The notes under the pieces were generated by a model. The model was not told the DNA's origin. It saw only the letters and a list, made by a program, of their open reading frames with translations, and ran no database searches. Both the position numbers and the translations under genes were made by a program. From Bacillota bacterium (GTDB taxonomy: Bacteria; Bacillota; Negativicutes; Sporomusales; CTSoil-080): a stretch of DNA of 64,000 nt. The DNA is taken from the NCBI GenBank assembly GCA_017889625.1, contig JAGGAD010000021.1, positions 798 through 64,797 on the forward strand, read 5' to 3'. Each line of letters begins with the position of its first letter. The stretch's first letter is position 1. This document shows positions 36,080 through 47,372 of this stretch, in pieces.

Positions 36080-37225
36080 TTACACCCCAAAGACGTCTTT
36101 TACTTTTTTAAAAAAGCCTTTTTCTTCAGGATTGATATCAGAGCCGTCGACTTTTGCGAATTCTAGTAATAGTTCCCGCTGCCGTTCAGAAAGTTTCTTG
36201 GGGGTTACTACTTTAACTCGGACATGCTGATCGCCTCGCCCATGACTTCTCAGATGTTGAACTCCTTTATCTTTAATCCTAAATAAAGTGCCAGACTGCG
36301 TACCTTCTGGGATCCGCAGACTAACTTTGCCATCTAAGGTCGGGACTTCTAATTCATCGCCGATGGTCGCTTGAACGATACTGATGGGAACTTCACAGAT
36401 TACGTCATCCCCTTCACGTGTAAACAGTTTATGCGCTTTTACGAAAATATAAACATACAAGTCCCCAGGCAAACCGCCGCGAGTACCAGCTTCGCCTTCA
36501 TTGGACACTCTCAGCCGTGCCCCCGTATCAACACCTGCCGGAATTTTAACCTTAATCCGCCGCCGGTTACGTACTTTACCCCGGCCATGACAATCTTTAC
36601 AAGGGCTATGAACTATTTTTCCTTCGCCCCGGCAGCGTTCACAGGTAGTAACATTAACCATGCGACCAAGCGGAGTATTGCGGACCACTTGGGTCTGACC
36701 AGTACCACGACACTGTGGGCAAACTTCCGGCTGAGTGCCAGGAGCAGCTCCGGTTCCTTGGCACTCAGCGCAATCTTCGGTACGGGGTACAGTTATTTCA
36801 GTTTCCAAGCCAAAGGCCGCTTGTTCAAAAGTCATTTCTAAATCATAGCGAAGATCATCGCCCCGTTCCGGTCCTGCCTGTCGGCTACCACCGAAACCGG
36901 ATTGATTGAAAAACATGTCGAATATATCATTTATTCCACCACCGCCAAAGCCACCGAAACCGCCACCAAAGCCACCTGCACCGCCGCCCTGACTGCCGTC
37001 AACAGCAGCATGCCCAAACTGATCGTATTGCTGTCGACGTTCAGCGTTAGACAACACCTCATAGGCTTCATTAACCTCTTTAAATTTCTCTTCAGCATCT
37101 TTTGCATTGTCACGGTTTACGTCCGGATGATATTTACGGGCCATTTTACGAAACGCTTTTTTTAATTCGTCCTCTGAAGCTGTTTTCGGTACTCCCAGCA
37201 CTTCATAATAGTCTTTTTTACTCAC
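36080..37225 (-). CDS. dnaJ: Chaperone DnaJ
   Basis: J domain (HPD), G/F region and four CxxCxGxG zinc-finger repeats. GTG start. Confidence 0.95.
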   Translation of the reverse strand: MSKKDYYEVLGVPKTASEDELKKAFRKMARKYHPDVNRDNAKDAEEKFKEVNEAYEVLSNAERRQQYDQFGHAAVDGSQGGGAGGFGGGFGGFGGGGINDIFDMFFNQSGFGGSRQAGPERGDDLRYDLEMTFEQAAFGLETEITVPRTEDCAECQGTGAAPGTQPEVCPQCRGTGQTQVVRNTPLGRMVNVTTCERCRGEGKIVHSPCKDCHGRGKVRNRRRIKVKIPAGVDTGARLRVSNEGEAGTRGGLPGDLYVYIFVKAHKLFTREGDDVICEVPISIVQATIGDELEVPTLDGKVSLRIPEGTQSGTLFRIKDKGVQHLRSHGRGDQHVRVKVVTPKKLSERQRELLLEFAKVDGSDINPEEKGFFKKVKDVFGV

Positions 37226-37287
37226 ATTACACCACCAAATTACCGATATGACAAGTTAATGCAACGCAAAACTGCCAATTGACCAAA

Positions 37288-37310
37288 GTGCCTGCCACCA
37301 AGGCAGGCAC
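37288..37310 (-). other. Hairpin between dnaK and dnaJ (possible partial terminator or processing site)
   Basis: GTGCCTGCC-accaa-GGCAGGCAC, followed by UUUGGU on the minus strand. Confidence 0.4.
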
Positions 37311-37366
37311 CTCTTGATCGATCGGCGCCCAGCTACTTATCTTTTGCCAACCGGGATTATATGTTG

Positions 37367-39199
37367 TTATTTTTTTTCATCATCCATAACTTTATAGTCA
37401 GCATCAACTACGGTTTCGTCTTTACCTCCGCCTTGTGCTCCATTAGCCGTTTCGCCCGCTTGCGCCCCAGCCTGGTTGTACATAGCGGAAGTCAATTCAT
37501 ATAGTGGTTTAGTCAATTCTTCCGTATCGGCTTTGATTTTTTCCAAATCGCTACCTGCAAGACTTTCTTTAAGCTTAGCGGCGGCTTTTTCAACTTTTTC
37601 AACCAATGTTTTGTCCGCTTTGTCGCCAATATCTTTGATGGTTTTTTCGGATTGATATACCAAAGAATCGGCGTTATTTCTTACTTCAACTTCGTCACGG
37701 CGTTGCTTATCTTCAGCGGCATGTGCTTCAGCTTCTTTAACCATGCGTTCTACTTCATCTTTAGCTAGACCACCAGAAGAGGTAATGGTTATTTTCTGTT
37801 CCTTGCCAGTGCCAAGATCCTTAGCCCCTACATGGAAAATACCGTTAGCATCAATATCAAAGGTTACTTCAATACGCGGCACACCACGTGGTGCCGGAGG
37901 AATACCGGAAAGTTCGAACCGACCAAGAGTTTTATTGTAAGATGCCATTTCACGTTCACCTTGAAGCACATGAATATCAACCGACGGCTGATTGTCAGCC
38001 GCAGTAGAAAATACTTGGCTCTTTGAAGTAGGAATAGTTGTATTACGATCAATAATTTTTGTAAATACACCACCCAAAGTTTCAATCCCCAAGGAAAGCG
38101 GAGTAACATCTAAAAGAAGTACGTCTTTTACCTCACCGACTAAAACACCAGCTTGGATAGCCGCGCCTACAGCTACACATTCATCAGGATTAACGCCTTT
38201 ATGCGGCTCTTTACCCAAGAATTTCTTAATAGCTTCTTGCACTGCCGGAATACGTGATGAACCCCCCACAAGAATTACTTTAGCAATATCTTTAGCACTC
38301 AAGCCAGAATCAGTCAAGGCTTGACGGGTTGGTCCCATAGTTGCTTCAATAAGATCAGCAGTTAATTCTTCAAATTTAGCTCTAGTAAGGCTAACATCCA
38401 AATGCTTAGGACCACTCTGATCGGCAGTAATGAACGGCAGATTGATGTTGGTAGTCAAAACACCAGAAAGTTCAATTTTAGCTTTTTCAGCTGCTTCACG
38501 AAGACGTTGCATCGCCATACGATCAGTCGAAAGATCAATACCTTCGGTTTTCTTGAATTCAGCGACAAGCCAATTCATAACTTTTTCATCGAAATCGTCA
38601 CCACCAAGACGGTTGTTACCGCTAGTAGCCTTAACTTCAAATACCCCATCACCCAATTCCAGGATAGATACGTCGAAAGTACCGCCACCCAAGTCAAATA
38701 CCAGAATAGTATGGTCTTCGCCTTTATCCATGCCATAAGCGAGAGCTGCCGCAGTCGGTTCGTTGATAATGCGAAGTACTTCAAGGCCAGCAATTGCACC
38801 TGCGTCTTTAGTTGCCTGGCGCTGGCTGTCTGAAAAATATGCTGGAACGGTAATAACCGCTTGAGTAACTTTTTCGCCAAGATAGGCTTCGGCATCAGTT
38901 TTCATTTTTTGCAGAATCATTGCTGAAATTTCTTGCGGTGAATACTCTTTATCACCAACACGGACTTTGTAGTCCGTGCCCATATGACGTTTTATTGAAC
39001 TAATGGTGCCATCAGGATTAGACACTGCCTGACGTTTTGCCAGTTGTCCCACCAAACGCTCACCATTTTTTGAAAAACCTACTACCGATGGAGTTAGACG
39101 GCTACCTTCGGCAGTTGGAATTACCACCGGTTCGCCACCTTCCATAAACGCTACAACCGAATTGGTTGTACCTAAGTCTATCCCAATTACTTTTGCCAT
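37367..39199 (-). CDS. dnaK: Chaperone DnaK (Hsp70)
   Basis: 'GIDLGTTNS', 'DLGGGTFD' and full-length Hsp70 sequence. Confidence 0.97.
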   Translation of the reverse strand: MAKVIGIDLGTTNSVVAFMEGGEPVVIPTAEGSRLTPSVVGFSKNGERLVGQLAKRQAVSNPDGTISSIKRHMGTDYKVRVGDKEYSPQEISAMILQKMKTDAEAYLGEKVTQAVITVPAYFSDSQRQATKDAGAIAGLEVLRIINEPTAAALAYGMDKGEDHTILVFDLGGGTFDVSILELGDGVFEVKATSGNNRLGGDDFDEKVMNWLVAEFKKTEGIDLSTDRMAMQRLREAAEKAKIELSGVLTTNINLPFITADQSGPKHLDVSLTRAKFEELTADLIEATMGPTRQALTDSGLSAKDIAKVILVGGSSRIPAVQEAIKKFLGKEPHKGVNPDECVAVGAAIQAGVLVGEVKDVLLLDVTPLSLGIETLGGVFTKIIDRNTTIPTSKSQVFSTAADNQPSVDIHVLQGEREMASYNKTLGRFELSGIPPAPRGVPRIEVTFDIDANGIFHVGAKDLGTGKEQKITITSSGGLAKDEVERMVKEAEAHAAEDKQRRDEVEVRNNADSLVYQSEKTIKDIGDKADKTLVEKVEKAAAKLKESLAGSDLEKIKADTEELTKPLYELTSAMYNQAGAQAGETANGAQGGGKDETVVDADYKVMDDEKK

Positions 39200-39241
39200 T
39201 TTACATTCCTCCTAAGCAAAATTATCTTTTATATTTTAAAA

Positions 39242-39820
39242 TTAGCTGTTGCTGATAACCTTAACCATACTAGCTCTAAGTACTTTGTTATGGGCCATAT
39301 ATCCTTTTTGCAGCTCTTGAACAATAAGTCCATCTGGCTGATCGGGATCTTCAACCCGCATAACAGCTTCGTGTTGTGCAGGATCAAGAGTTGCGCCTAC
39401 AGCTTCAATTGATTTTAAGCCGAAACCTTCCAGTATCTGCATCAACTGACGAAAAACCATGTCAACTCCGGTTAAAAGCTGCCCCGAGTCCTGAGTAGCC
39501 CCAGCCGCAAGAGCCCGTTCAAAATTATCCAAAATCGGCAGCAATTGATTAATAACCCCATTAGAAACAATCTGCGAAAGTTCTTCTTTTTCCTGACGTG
39601 TCCGTCTGCGGAAATTATCAAAGTCGGCCTGCAGCCTAAGTAATCGGTTATTTAGTTCCTCTACTTCCTTGGTCTTTGCTTCAATTTTAGTCTGCAGTTC
39701 ATCCTGGGTATCATTTTGAACTTCGTCCTGATTTAAGCAAACTTCTGCTTCGGCGTCTACAGCCACCTCAACATCATTAATTTCCCCTTCCCTTGTGCCA
39801 TCTAAATCTTTATCACTCAT
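39242..39820 (-). CDS. grpE: Nucleotide exchange factor GrpE
   Basis: Coiled-coil 'RLQADFDNFRRRT..E' and a C-terminal beta domain. Start set to the ATG at 39820 with an AGGAGGTGGA SD. Confidence 0.9.
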   Translation of the reverse strand: MSDKDLDGTREGEINDVEVAVDAEAEVCLNQDEVQNDTQDELQTKIEAKTKEVEELNNRLLRLQADFDNFRRRTRQEKEELSQIVSNGVINQLLPILDNFERALAAGATQDSGQLLTGVDMVFRQLMQILEGFGLKSIEAVGATLDPAQHEAVMRVEDPDQPDGLIVQELQKGYMAHNKVLRASMVKVISNS

Positions 39821-39839
39821 TGTATGATCCACCTCCTGG

Positions 39840-41426
39840 TTAAAAATCCGGAATCGATGCGTCACTCGCAGCAGCAGGCTGATTAGCGCCCGCACCTTCT
39901 TCTTTCTTCTTGATAATAGTATCAATCCGAAGTATCGCCACTGCCACCTCGCCTGCAGCTTTTATCGCATGCATTTTGACCTGAACCGGGTCAACGACAC
40001 CTAACTCTAATAAGTCAGCAATTTCACCAGTGTCACAATTAATGCCCAGCGAATCTATTTTTTGATTTGCTTGAGCAGCTACAACTTCCTCCACCTTTTC
40101 CAAGGGATTGAAGCCTGCATTTTCAACAATTTGCGCCAGCGGACGTTTGAGAGCATTAGACACACAGTCTACGCCATAAGCCACCATACCTTTTACCTGC
40201 TCTCTGCTCTTTTCCACAGCGCGGGCAATAGCAATTTCCACTGATCCGCCACCGGGCACATAGCCCCCTTTTGCGGCCGCCTGCACACTCGAGGCAGCAT
40301 CCTTGGCGATACGTTCACGTTCACCAACAACCTCTTCAGTAGCTGCTCCCACTAAAATCGTGGCCATCGGTTTACCTTTACCACCAATAATACGCACTTG
40401 TTCCAGTTTTTCATCTTCATATACCTTCTCGGCATAACCAAGATATTTTTGCAAATCTACCAATTCTTTTTTTAATCCAGTCCGTTTAATGACCCTAGCG
40501 CCGGAGTGTTCGGCCACTCGGCGCATATCCTTCATTGATACCCGCTGGATAACCATTACCCCCGCATCAGTTAGCAGTTCTTCCGCCGACTCATGAACTC
40601 CGCGGTCAACTAACACCACTTTAACTCCAAGATCGACAATTTTTTGGAGATTCCCTTTAAACTCTGTTTGAAGCTCAATATACCGTTTAAAACCGGCATC
40701 AGTGCTAAGCGCTTCATCTTCGATTTCTTCCGGTTCCAATGCATCGTCCACTAACAGCAGCTTAGCATCAATTGCCTCTTGTGGCATATCTTTGCTAAGA
40801 CGCTCTTTATCAACAATAACCCCTAGAAAGACTTCGTTCTCAGCGCCTTCTTCAGCAGTAATAATATCCGACAGTTTGAAACTAGGTTCATTTAGTTTTT
40901 CCAAACCAACCAACCGTGCCGCAGATACTACTAAATCAGCAATATCGCTGTGCTCGCGTCCAGCAATCATAGCAATTTTTTCTAATACCGGATCCGTAAT
41001 ATCATGTACTTGGCGACCACGTTTCTTGACCTCTTCCAGTGCACAGCTAATTCCGTACTTGACCCCTTCAATAACCCGAGCTACCGGCACACCCCGCATT
41101 ACCTGATTAACGCCTTCGCCAACCAACCCTCCAGCCATAATAGTAGCAGTAGTGGTACCGTCACCGACTTCAGCTTGCTGGGCTTTAGCAATGTTAATCA
41201 GCATCTTGGCCGCAGGATGATTTACATCCATCTTATCTAAAATGGTTACGCCGTCATTGGTAATGATAACTTCGCCAAACCTATCTACCAGCATAGTATC
41301 AAGGCCTTTAGGCCCTATTGTACCTTCAACCGCCGCGGTTATCGCCCGAACAGCATTTGCATTGGTCACTAACGCGGCTAAACGCTCATCAACTTCAGCC
41401 CCGCTCCCCGCCTGCTTCAAATTCAT
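39840..41426 (-). CDS. Thermosome-like chaperonin (TCP-1/cpn60 family, archaeal-type group II/III)
   Basis: 'IGPKGLDTML....G...ITNDGVTIL....V.HPAAKML' and 'GDGTTTATI.AG.L' are hallmark group II chaperonin motifs. The protein is 528 aa with no GroEL-type GGM tail. GGAGGAAA SD. Confidence 0.85.
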   Translation of the reverse strand: MNLKQAGSGAEVDERLAALVTNANAVRAITAAVEGTIGPKGLDTMLVDRFGEVIITNDGVTILDKMDVNHPAAKMLINIAKAQQAEVGDGTTTATIMAGGLVGEGVNQVMRGVPVARVIEGVKYGISCALEEVKKRGRQVHDITDPVLEKIAMIAGREHSDIADLVVSAARLVGLEKLNEPSFKLSDIITAEEGAENEVFLGVIVDKERLSKDMPQEAIDAKLLLVDDALEPEEIEDEALSTDAGFKRYIELQTEFKGNLQKIVDLGVKVVLVDRGVHESAEELLTDAGVMVIQRVSMKDMRRVAEHSGARVIKRTGLKKELVDLQKYLGYAEKVYEDEKLEQVRIIGGKGKPMATILVGAATEEVVGERERIAKDAASSVQAAAKGGYVPGGGSVEIAIARAVEKSREQVKGMVAYGVDCVSNALKRPLAQIVENAGFNPLEKVEEVVAAQANQKIDSLGINCDTGEIADLLELGVVDPVQVKMHAIKAAGEVAVAILRIDTIIKKKEEGAGANQPAAASDASIPDF

Positions 41427-41519
41427 GCTGTTTCCTCCAATATAATATTATTACCTTACTTATCCTATGTATGATAGAGCCGGTTGAAGGCAGACCTTAC
41501 GGTCTGCCAGCCGCTCCGG

Positions 41520-42548
41520 TTAAAGCTTATATTTTTTTAAAATATCACCAAGATGACGATGCATAAACTCCAACACCGTAATTATCTTGCCATATTCCAT
41601 TCTGGTCGGACCAAGCACCGCCATAGTGCCGATAACCTGGCCTTCAACTCGATAGGTAGCCTGCACCATACTGCAATCTTGAATACCGCTGTACTTATTT
41701 TCTTGACCAATGGTAACCACAACCCCGTCGCCATCCTGCATGTGGAGAATATCACACAATAATTGTTCCTCTTCCAGCATGCTCAATAGTCCCTTGATCT
41801 TTTCAACTTCCCTAAATTCAGGCTGATTTAATAACTGAGTTGTACCACCTAAATATACCCGTTCACCGCCTTCTACCACCAGCGCTTGCCGCAGTACAGA
41901 CAAGGCGGCTTCAAAGAGAACGGGATTAGCCATAATATCTTGCTTAGCTTCTTTCAGGAGCGAAGTCTTAATTTGGTCAAAAGACAACCCTGCCAAATGA
42001 TTATTGATGCCATTAGCTATCTCTTGTAAATCATGAAATGAAGTTCCTTCAGGAATATCAATTACCTTATTGTCCACAAACCCACTATCAGTGACTACTA
42101 TAACGATAGCCCGCCGTTCATCAAGCGGCAAAAACTGAACATACTTGAACAACGATTTAGCTGGCGCTGGCGCTACCATCAAGGAGACATTCCTAGTCAT
42201 TCGCGATACCATTTTTACCGTTTCTTGAAAGACCTGTTCAATGTTCTTAACCTTGGTTTCGTACCAATTGGTGATTAGCGCAACCTCACGATCAGAAATC
42301 TTTTGTGGTCGCATTAAACAATCGACATAAAACCGATACCCTTGGGGCGATGGCACCCTACCAGCTGAAGTATGCGGCTGTTCCAAATAACCTAACGATT
42401 CAAGATCGGCCATTTCATTACGGATTGTAGCTGGGCTCAACCCCATTCCTGGTTTACGGGAAATAGACCGTGATCCGACCGGTTCAGCAGAGGTAATGTA
42501 GTCATCAACGATAGCCTGGAGAATCTTTTGTTTTCGTTCATCCAGCAT
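41520..42548 (-). CDS. hrcA: Heat-inducible transcription repressor HrcA
   Basis: 'ERKQKIL.AIV.DYI....PVGS..I......GLSPATIRNEMADLE..GYL.QPHTSAGR.P' is a canonical HrcA sequence. Confidence 0.92.
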   Translation of the reverse strand: MLDERKQKILQAIVDDYITSAEPVGSRSISRKPGMGLSPATIRNEMADLESLGYLEQPHTSAGRVPSPQGYRFYVDCLMRPQKISDREVALITNWYETKVKNIEQVFQETVKMVSRMTRNVSLMVAPAPAKSLFKYVQFLPLDERRAIVIVVTDSGFVDNKVIDIPEGTSFHDLQEIANGINNHLAGLSFDQIKTSLLKEAKQDIMANPVLFEAALSVLRQALVVEGGERVYLGGTTQLLNQPEFREVEKIKGLLSMLEEEQLLCDILHMQDGDGVVVTIGQENKYSGIQDCSMVQATYRVEGQVIGTMAVLGPTRMEYGKIITVLEFMHRHLGDILKKYKL

Positions 42549-42566
42549 CGGCCTTCCTCCTTGTTG

Positions 42567-42593
42567 TTAGCACTCTATTCAAGAGAGTGCTAA
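42567..42593 (-). promoter_or_regulatory. CIRCE operator (HrcA binding site)
   Basis: Perfect TTAGCACTC-N9-GAGTGCTAA, 19 nt upstream of the hrcA start. Confidence 0.9.
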
Positions 42594-42604
42594 CACCTAA
42601 TAAA

Positions 42605-42633
42605 AAAATACCATTCCATGCTGCGAATGTCAA
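42605..42633 (-). promoter_or_regulatory. Sigma-A promoter of the hrcA operon
   Basis: The minus strand reads TTGACA-N17-TATTTT, with CIRCE starting 11 nt downstream of the -10. Confidence 0.55.
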
Positions 42634-42732
42634 GATGTTTAGCATGTTTTATCGTATATTCGGTAAGAAAAAACCAGAACTGCACCAAGATATTTCCTGG
42701 ATACCGCTCTGGGTAAAAAACCTGTTCTCTTT

Positions 42733-43872
42733 TTATTCCGGCAAAAAAGCTGCAAAAACAACATTACCATATTTCATGCCAACAGACGTTAGCCGTATAC
42801 CCCGCTTATCTTGGCTTAGCGCGCCTTTAGCGGTCATCTCCTTGACAACCTCACCATATCGCCCAATAAAATCAATGCCAAAACGTTCCTTAAAGCCAAT
42901 ATATTCCAGACCATCAGCCGTTCTTAACGCTAAAAAAACATACTCAGCCATAGCATTTTGTATACTCAGCAGTTCCTCTTCGTTCGTAGGAAGTTGGCCC
43001 TGCCCCAGCATTGCTGAATATTCGTCGATATTTTTGGTATTGGCAAACCGCCGCCCCTTTAGGAACGAATGTGCCGCCGCCCCCAACCCCAAATAAGGCT
43101 GATAGCGCCAGTACTTTAAATTATGACGGCTCTCATAGCCAGTAAGGGCATAATTTGATATTTCATACCGATGATAGCCTTGTTCCGGTAAAAACTTTAC
43201 CACTTCACTATACATTGCGTCTTCTTCGTCTTCGTCCGGTAGTGCTAGGCGGCCTGCCGCCAGCCATTCACCAAACGGAGTAGCAGCTTCGACCTTCAGA
43301 CCATATACCGATAAATGATGAACCGGCAAGGCTAAAGCTTCTCTGAGACTTTCGCCAAAACTTGCCAGCGACTGTTCAGGCAAACCATACATTAAATCCA
43401 AGCTGATATTATCAAAGCCACACTTATTAGCGGTCAGTATTGCTATTTTCGCTGCTCTAGACGAATGAATCCGCCCTGCGGCTTTTAAAACTCCATCATC
43501 AAAGCTCTGCACTCCGAAACTAATGCGATTAACACCGATTCCTCGCAAGGCAGCAAGCTTATCCTCATTCACCGTGTCAGGATTAGCCTCCACCGTAATC
43601 TCCGCATCATTTTCAATAGCGCAACAGTCTTTTAGACGTTCAATCATTGTGGCAAAAGCGTCCGCCGGAAAAAGCGTTGGTGTTCCGCCACCAAAATATA
43701 TCGTATCTACGGTATACTCGGACAAAACACCGCCCCGACCGGTTATTTCCCGGCACAGAGCGGCAGTATAGCTCAGATAATAACGCCCGACATCACGAGC
43801 ACTGGACGAAAAGTCGCAATACAAACATTTTTTGCGGCAAAACGGAATATGGATATACACCCCAAGCTTCAT
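42733..43872 (-). CDS. hemW: Radical SAM heme chaperone HemW (HemN-like, YqeR)
   Basis: 'YIHIPFCRKKCLYCDF' and a HemN_C-like C-terminus. Conserved position between lepA and hrcA. Confidence 0.85.
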   Translation of the reverse strand: MKLGVYIHIPFCRKKCLYCDFSSSARDVGRYYLSYTAALCREITGRGGVLSEYTVDTIYFGGGTPTLFPADAFATMIERLKDCCAIENDAEITVEANPDTVNEDKLAALRGIGVNRISFGVQSFDDGVLKAAGRIHSSRAAKIAILTANKCGFDNISLDLMYGLPEQSLASFGESLREALALPVHHLSVYGLKVEAATPFGEWLAAGRLALPDEDEEDAMYSEVVKFLPEQGYHRYEISNYALTGYESRHNLKYWRYQPYLGLGAAAHSFLKGRRFANTKNIDEYSAMLGQGQLPTNEEELLSIQNAMAEYVFLALRTADGLEYIGFKERFGIDFIGRYGEVVKEMTAKGALSQDKRGIRLTSVGMKYGNVVFAAFLPE

Positions 43873-43884
43873 GGGCCACCTCCA

Positions 43885-45681
43885 CTAATCCATTTTTAAA
43901 ATCGCCATAAACGCTTCTTGGGGTACCTCGACATTACCCACTTGCTTCATGCGTTTTTTACCTTCCTTTTGCTTTTCCAACAATTTTCGTTTACGACTAA
44001 TGTCCCCACCATAGCATTTGGCCAAGACATCTTTGCGCATCGCCCGCACCGTTTCCCTGGCAATAACCTTGTTTCCGATAGCTGCCTGAATAGGAATTTC
44101 AAACATCTGCCGGGGAATAATACCCCGCAGTTTTTCAGCCAACAGGCGGCCACGATATTGTGCTCGGTCACTATGAACAATCACACTTAATGCGTCAACA
44201 GCAGTTCCATTTAGTAGTATGTCAAGCTTCACCAAATCAGAAGCTTTGTACCCACTCAATTCATAATCCAGCGACGCATAGCCGCGCGTCGAGGACTTAA
44301 GCCGATCAAAATAATCATAAATTATTTCACTTAGCGGCAAATGATAGGTAAGCATCACTCTCGTAGGGTCAAGATATTTCATATCTTTAAATTCGCCGCG
44401 TTTTTCCTGAGACAGCTCCATTACACTGCCAACAAAATCATTCGGCACAATAACAGTAGCTTTGACATATGGCTCTTCAATGCGGTCAATTTCCTGCGGT
44501 GTCGGCAGATGAGACGGATTATCAATTTTTAGCACTTCACCATCGGTTTTATAAACCATATAGATAACGTTAGGTGCGGTGGTAATCAACGCCAAATTGT
44601 ATTCACGTTCTAAACGTTCCTGAATTACATCCATGTGCAATAAGCCCAGGAATCCGCATCTAAACCCAAAACCTAGTGCAACCGACGTTTCCGGTTCAAA
44701 AATCAGTGAAGCATCATTAAGTTGCAATTTTTCTAAAGCATCGCGTAAAGTATCATACTCACTGCTTTCTACCGGATAAAGGCCACAGAACACCATCGGA
44801 GTAACTTTACGATACCCTGGCAACGGTTCATTGACCGGCCTTTCAGCATCCGTTACCGTGTCCCCAACTCTAGTATCTTTAACATTTTTAATGCTAGCAG
44901 CAAAAAAGCCAACTTGACCTGGCCCAAGTTCGTCAACCCCGACAAGATGCGGTCGAAATATACCGACCTCAGTAACTTCAAAACGCTTGTCAGTAGCAAT
45001 CATTTTTACTTTCATTCCTGGCCGAATTACACCATCAACGACTCGTACATATACAATAACCCCTTTATAGGAATCAAAATGTGAATCAAAAATAAGCGCC
45101 CTAAGCGAAGCCGACCTATCTCCCGTAGGAGCAGGAACTTTCTGGACAATTGCTTCTAAGATTTCTTCAATCCCAATGCCAGTCTTAGCGCTTGCCAATA
45201 CAGCATCCGATGTATCAAGTCCAATTACGTCTTCAATTTCGGTCTTTACGCGCTCAGGATCAGCACTAGGCAGATCTATTTTATTAATTACTGTAATAAT
45301 TTCGAGATCATGTTCTAGGGCTAAGTATACATTAGCCAAAGTCTGGGCTTCAATTCCTTGGGCTGCATCAACCACTAATAGTGCCCCTTCGCAGGCGGCC
45401 AAGCTGCGTGAAACTTCATAGGTGAAATCCACGTGTCCTGGAGTATCGATAAGATTGAGCATGTACGTCTGACCATCACGTGCCTTATAATCAAGGCGCA
45501 CCGATTGAGCCTTAATAGTAATGCCCCGTTCCCGTTCGAGATCCATATGGTCAAGTACCTGATCTTCCATTTCCCTGGCACTAAGTGTACCGGTATACTC
45601 TAATATGCGGTCAGCCAGCGTTGATTTTCCATGATCAATATGGGCAATAATCGAGAAATTACGTATATTTGCGGTATTCAT
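43885..45681 (-). CDS. lepA: Translation elongation factor 4 (LepA)
   Basis: '[20 protein letters not shown]', 'DTPGHVDF' and a LepA-specific C-terminal domain. Start set to the ATG at 45681. Confidence 0.95.
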   Translation of the reverse strand: MNTANIRNFSIIAHIDHGKSTLADRILEYTGTLSAREMEDQVLDHMDLERERGITIKAQSVRLDYKARDGQTYMLNLIDTPGHVDFTYEVSRSLAACEGALLVVDAAQGIEAQTLANVYLALEHDLEIITVINKIDLPSADPERVKTEIEDVIGLDTSDAVLASAKTGIGIEEILEAIVQKVPAPTGDRSASLRALIFDSHFDSYKGVIVYVRVVDGVIRPGMKVKMIATDKRFEVTEVGIFRPHLVGVDELGPGQVGFFAASIKNVKDTRVGDTVTDAERPVNEPLPGYRKVTPMVFCGLYPVESSEYDTLRDALEKLQLNDASLIFEPETSVALGFGFRCGFLGLLHMDVIQERLEREYNLALITTAPNVIYMVYKTDGEVLKIDNPSHLPTPQEIDRIEEPYVKATVIVPNDFVGSVMELSQEKRGEFKDMKYLDPTRVMLTYHLPLSEIIYDYFDRLKSSTRGYASLDYELSGYKASDLVKLDILLNGTAVDALSVIVHSDRAQYRGRLLAEKLRGIIPRQMFEIPIQAAIGNKVIARETVRAMRKDVLAKCYGGDISRKRKLLEKQKEGKKRMKQVGNVEVPQEAFMAILKMD

Positions 45682-45760
45682 TAGGCGTCTTCCTCTCACT
45701 GGGCGAAATCACTCGTTCAATTATATCACTTGCTGAGTGCCACCCGCAACCATTTCCCCT

Positions 45761-46210
45761 TCACCGCTTTATCCACCTGAAAAATTCATCAAGGTATTGC
45801 CCAAACTCATAACTGTAACCCCTTAAATCCAGCTTAGTCTCAATAGCTTTAGTCACAAATTGCGTCCGCCATTCTTTAAACCAAAAAATCGTCGGCGCTA
45901 ATTCGATATTGATAACGGTAGGCACAGTAAGACACACTCCTGCGGCTTCTATTTTCAAAGCCGTGCCGATATTATTACAGCTTGCTAACTCATACACCGA
46001 CTTTATTCTTGTGCTATTGCCCAGAACCGCGGCAGTATAAACCCCAGCCTCATCGCGGGTAATAGCAAACGCCTGCCCATAACCTTGTTCAAACGTTAAC
46101 TTTGTTAACTGCCTTCCAGTAACGCCTACCCCCATTACGACAATCAACAAAAGAGCTATTAACCCATGGCCGAGCACAACCATATCTCTATTCGCCAGTC
46201 GTGCCAGCAC
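45761..46210 (-). CDS. Hypothetical membrane protein (position of B. subtilis yqxA)
   Basis: GTG start with a GGAAAGGATGGTGA SD and one N-terminal TM helix. The assignment is positional only. Confidence 0.5.
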   Translation of the reverse strand: MLARLANRDMVVLGHGLIALLLIVVMGVGVTGRQLTKLTFEQGYGQAFAITRDEAGVYTAAVLGNSTRIKSVYELASCNNIGTALKIEAAGVCLTVPTVINIELAPTIFWFKEWRTQFVTKAIETKLDLRGYSYEFGQYLDEFFRWIKR

Positions 46211-46243
46211 AAGTTCACCATCCTTTCCCTGAAGGGCCTTCCC

Positions 46244-47329
46244 CTAAGACTCAGCTAAAATTTCAGCCAGCACATCCCCTAAGAACTCCATACTACGTAA
46301 TACTTCCTCTTTACTGTTTTCCTGACAGCCAACTTCTAATAATAACGACCTGGGAAAAAGATGCTGGTTAAATCGCCAATCAACAAGTTGTATGCCTCTT
46401 GAAAGCCCAGGATAATGCTGATTTAGTTTAGCATCAATAAGCTTAGCAAAAGCATGATTTTGCTGCCAATGCGGCTGGGGCAGACCCTCTTGCCCAATCG
46501 CTACTATAATACTAATTCGTGCCGTTGAAAGACCATTAACCATCACTGTAGTATCTTCTTTTTTACCAGCATCACGGTGAATATCAAACAACATCTGCAA
46601 GGAAGGATTTTCAGCCAACATCTTTTTGGCCGTTTCTTCTGACGGGCCATAGGCCATCATAAAACTCGGATAATCATGCACCGTCTTACTTTGCATTGCC
46701 GCAATATCATGTTCAGCAAGTCTTTTGACCAGCGCTTCACCGGCATCAACAATATCACCGCATTTTCCACCACGGGCATGGTCAACACCAGACCACGGCA
46801 CATACGCTTCAGAAGTATGGGTGTGATATATCCCCACAAGCGGTTTACCTGACGGCACATTACCTTTCCACATAAACTTAGGAAAGTCTGGTAAACTAAG
46901 CGCACTCACGGCAGGTTGATTTTGTTTAAACGCGGCCAGAATAGGAATTTCAGCCCGAAAAACTGAACTTAAATCCCTAATATCAACCCCAGTTAACCTA
47001 TCAACTGTACCCACCATTATAGTGCGAAGCGAAAGTTCCGGTTCCACCTTTACCGGCACCTGACGTTCAGTAGCTTGGGCAAATCCGGGAATGCCCAAAG
47101 ACAAAACATAGCGCCAACCAGGCATCTGCGAAATTGCCCCTTCATCACTTTGGTATGATGGAACAGAAACAGGTACAGCATCTCCCGCAAAAATACTAAA
47201 ACACATGCGAATCACGGCTATCACTACAAACCCACAAAAAGCTCCTATTATCCATAACATGTTTCTTTGTCGTTGCCGTCGTTGTCTTCTGCTTCCCATC
47301 GCCGCCTCCTGCACTTGGTTTACATACAA
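46244..47329 (-). CDS. spoIIP: Stage II sporulation protein P
   Basis: Basic N-terminus plus TM, then 'GIYHTHTSEAY' and 'FDIHRDA' SpoIIP amidase motifs. Synteny with gpr. Confidence 0.8.
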   Translation of the reverse strand: MYVNQVQEAAMGSRRQRRQRQRNMLWIIGAFCGFVVIAVIRMCFSIFAGDAVPVSVPSYQSDEGAISQMPGWRYVLSLGIPGFAQATERQVPVKVEPELSLRTIMVGTVDRLTGVDIRDLSSVFRAEIPILAAFKQNQPAVSALSLPDFPKFMWKGNVPSGKPLVGIYHTHTSEAYVPWSGVDHARGGKCGDIVDAGEALVKRLAEHDIAAMQSKTVHDYPSFMMAYGPSEETAKKMLAENPSLQMLFDIHRDAGKKEDTTVMVNGLSTARISIIVAIGQEGLPQPHWQQNHAFAKLIDAKLNQHYPGLSRGIQLVDWRFNQHLFPRSLLLEVGCQENSKEEVLRSMEFLGDVLAEILAES

Positions 47330-47372
47330 TCTATATGCACAGCGACAGGAAAAATATTACAGTTTGGACAAG

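Noticed and set aside
37743-38895. Cluster of 60-140-aa ORFs on both strands inside dnaK (and similar ones inside dnaJ, the chaperonin gene, leuS, lepA and comEC)
   Set aside because: They are shadow ORFs fully embedded in strongly recognisable genes. They lack SD sequences and have low-complexity translations.
39821-39925. N-terminal extension of the grpE ORF overlapping the chaperonin gene
   Set aside because: The extension is basic low-complexity sequence. The ATG at 39820 has an AGGAGGTGGA SD and follows the chaperonin stop.
41489-41508. Second CIRCE element in front of the chaperonin gene
   Set aside because: The sequence is a simple GC hairpin (GGCAGACC-ttac-GGTCTGCC) with no similarity to TTAGCACTC-N9-GAGTGCTAA.
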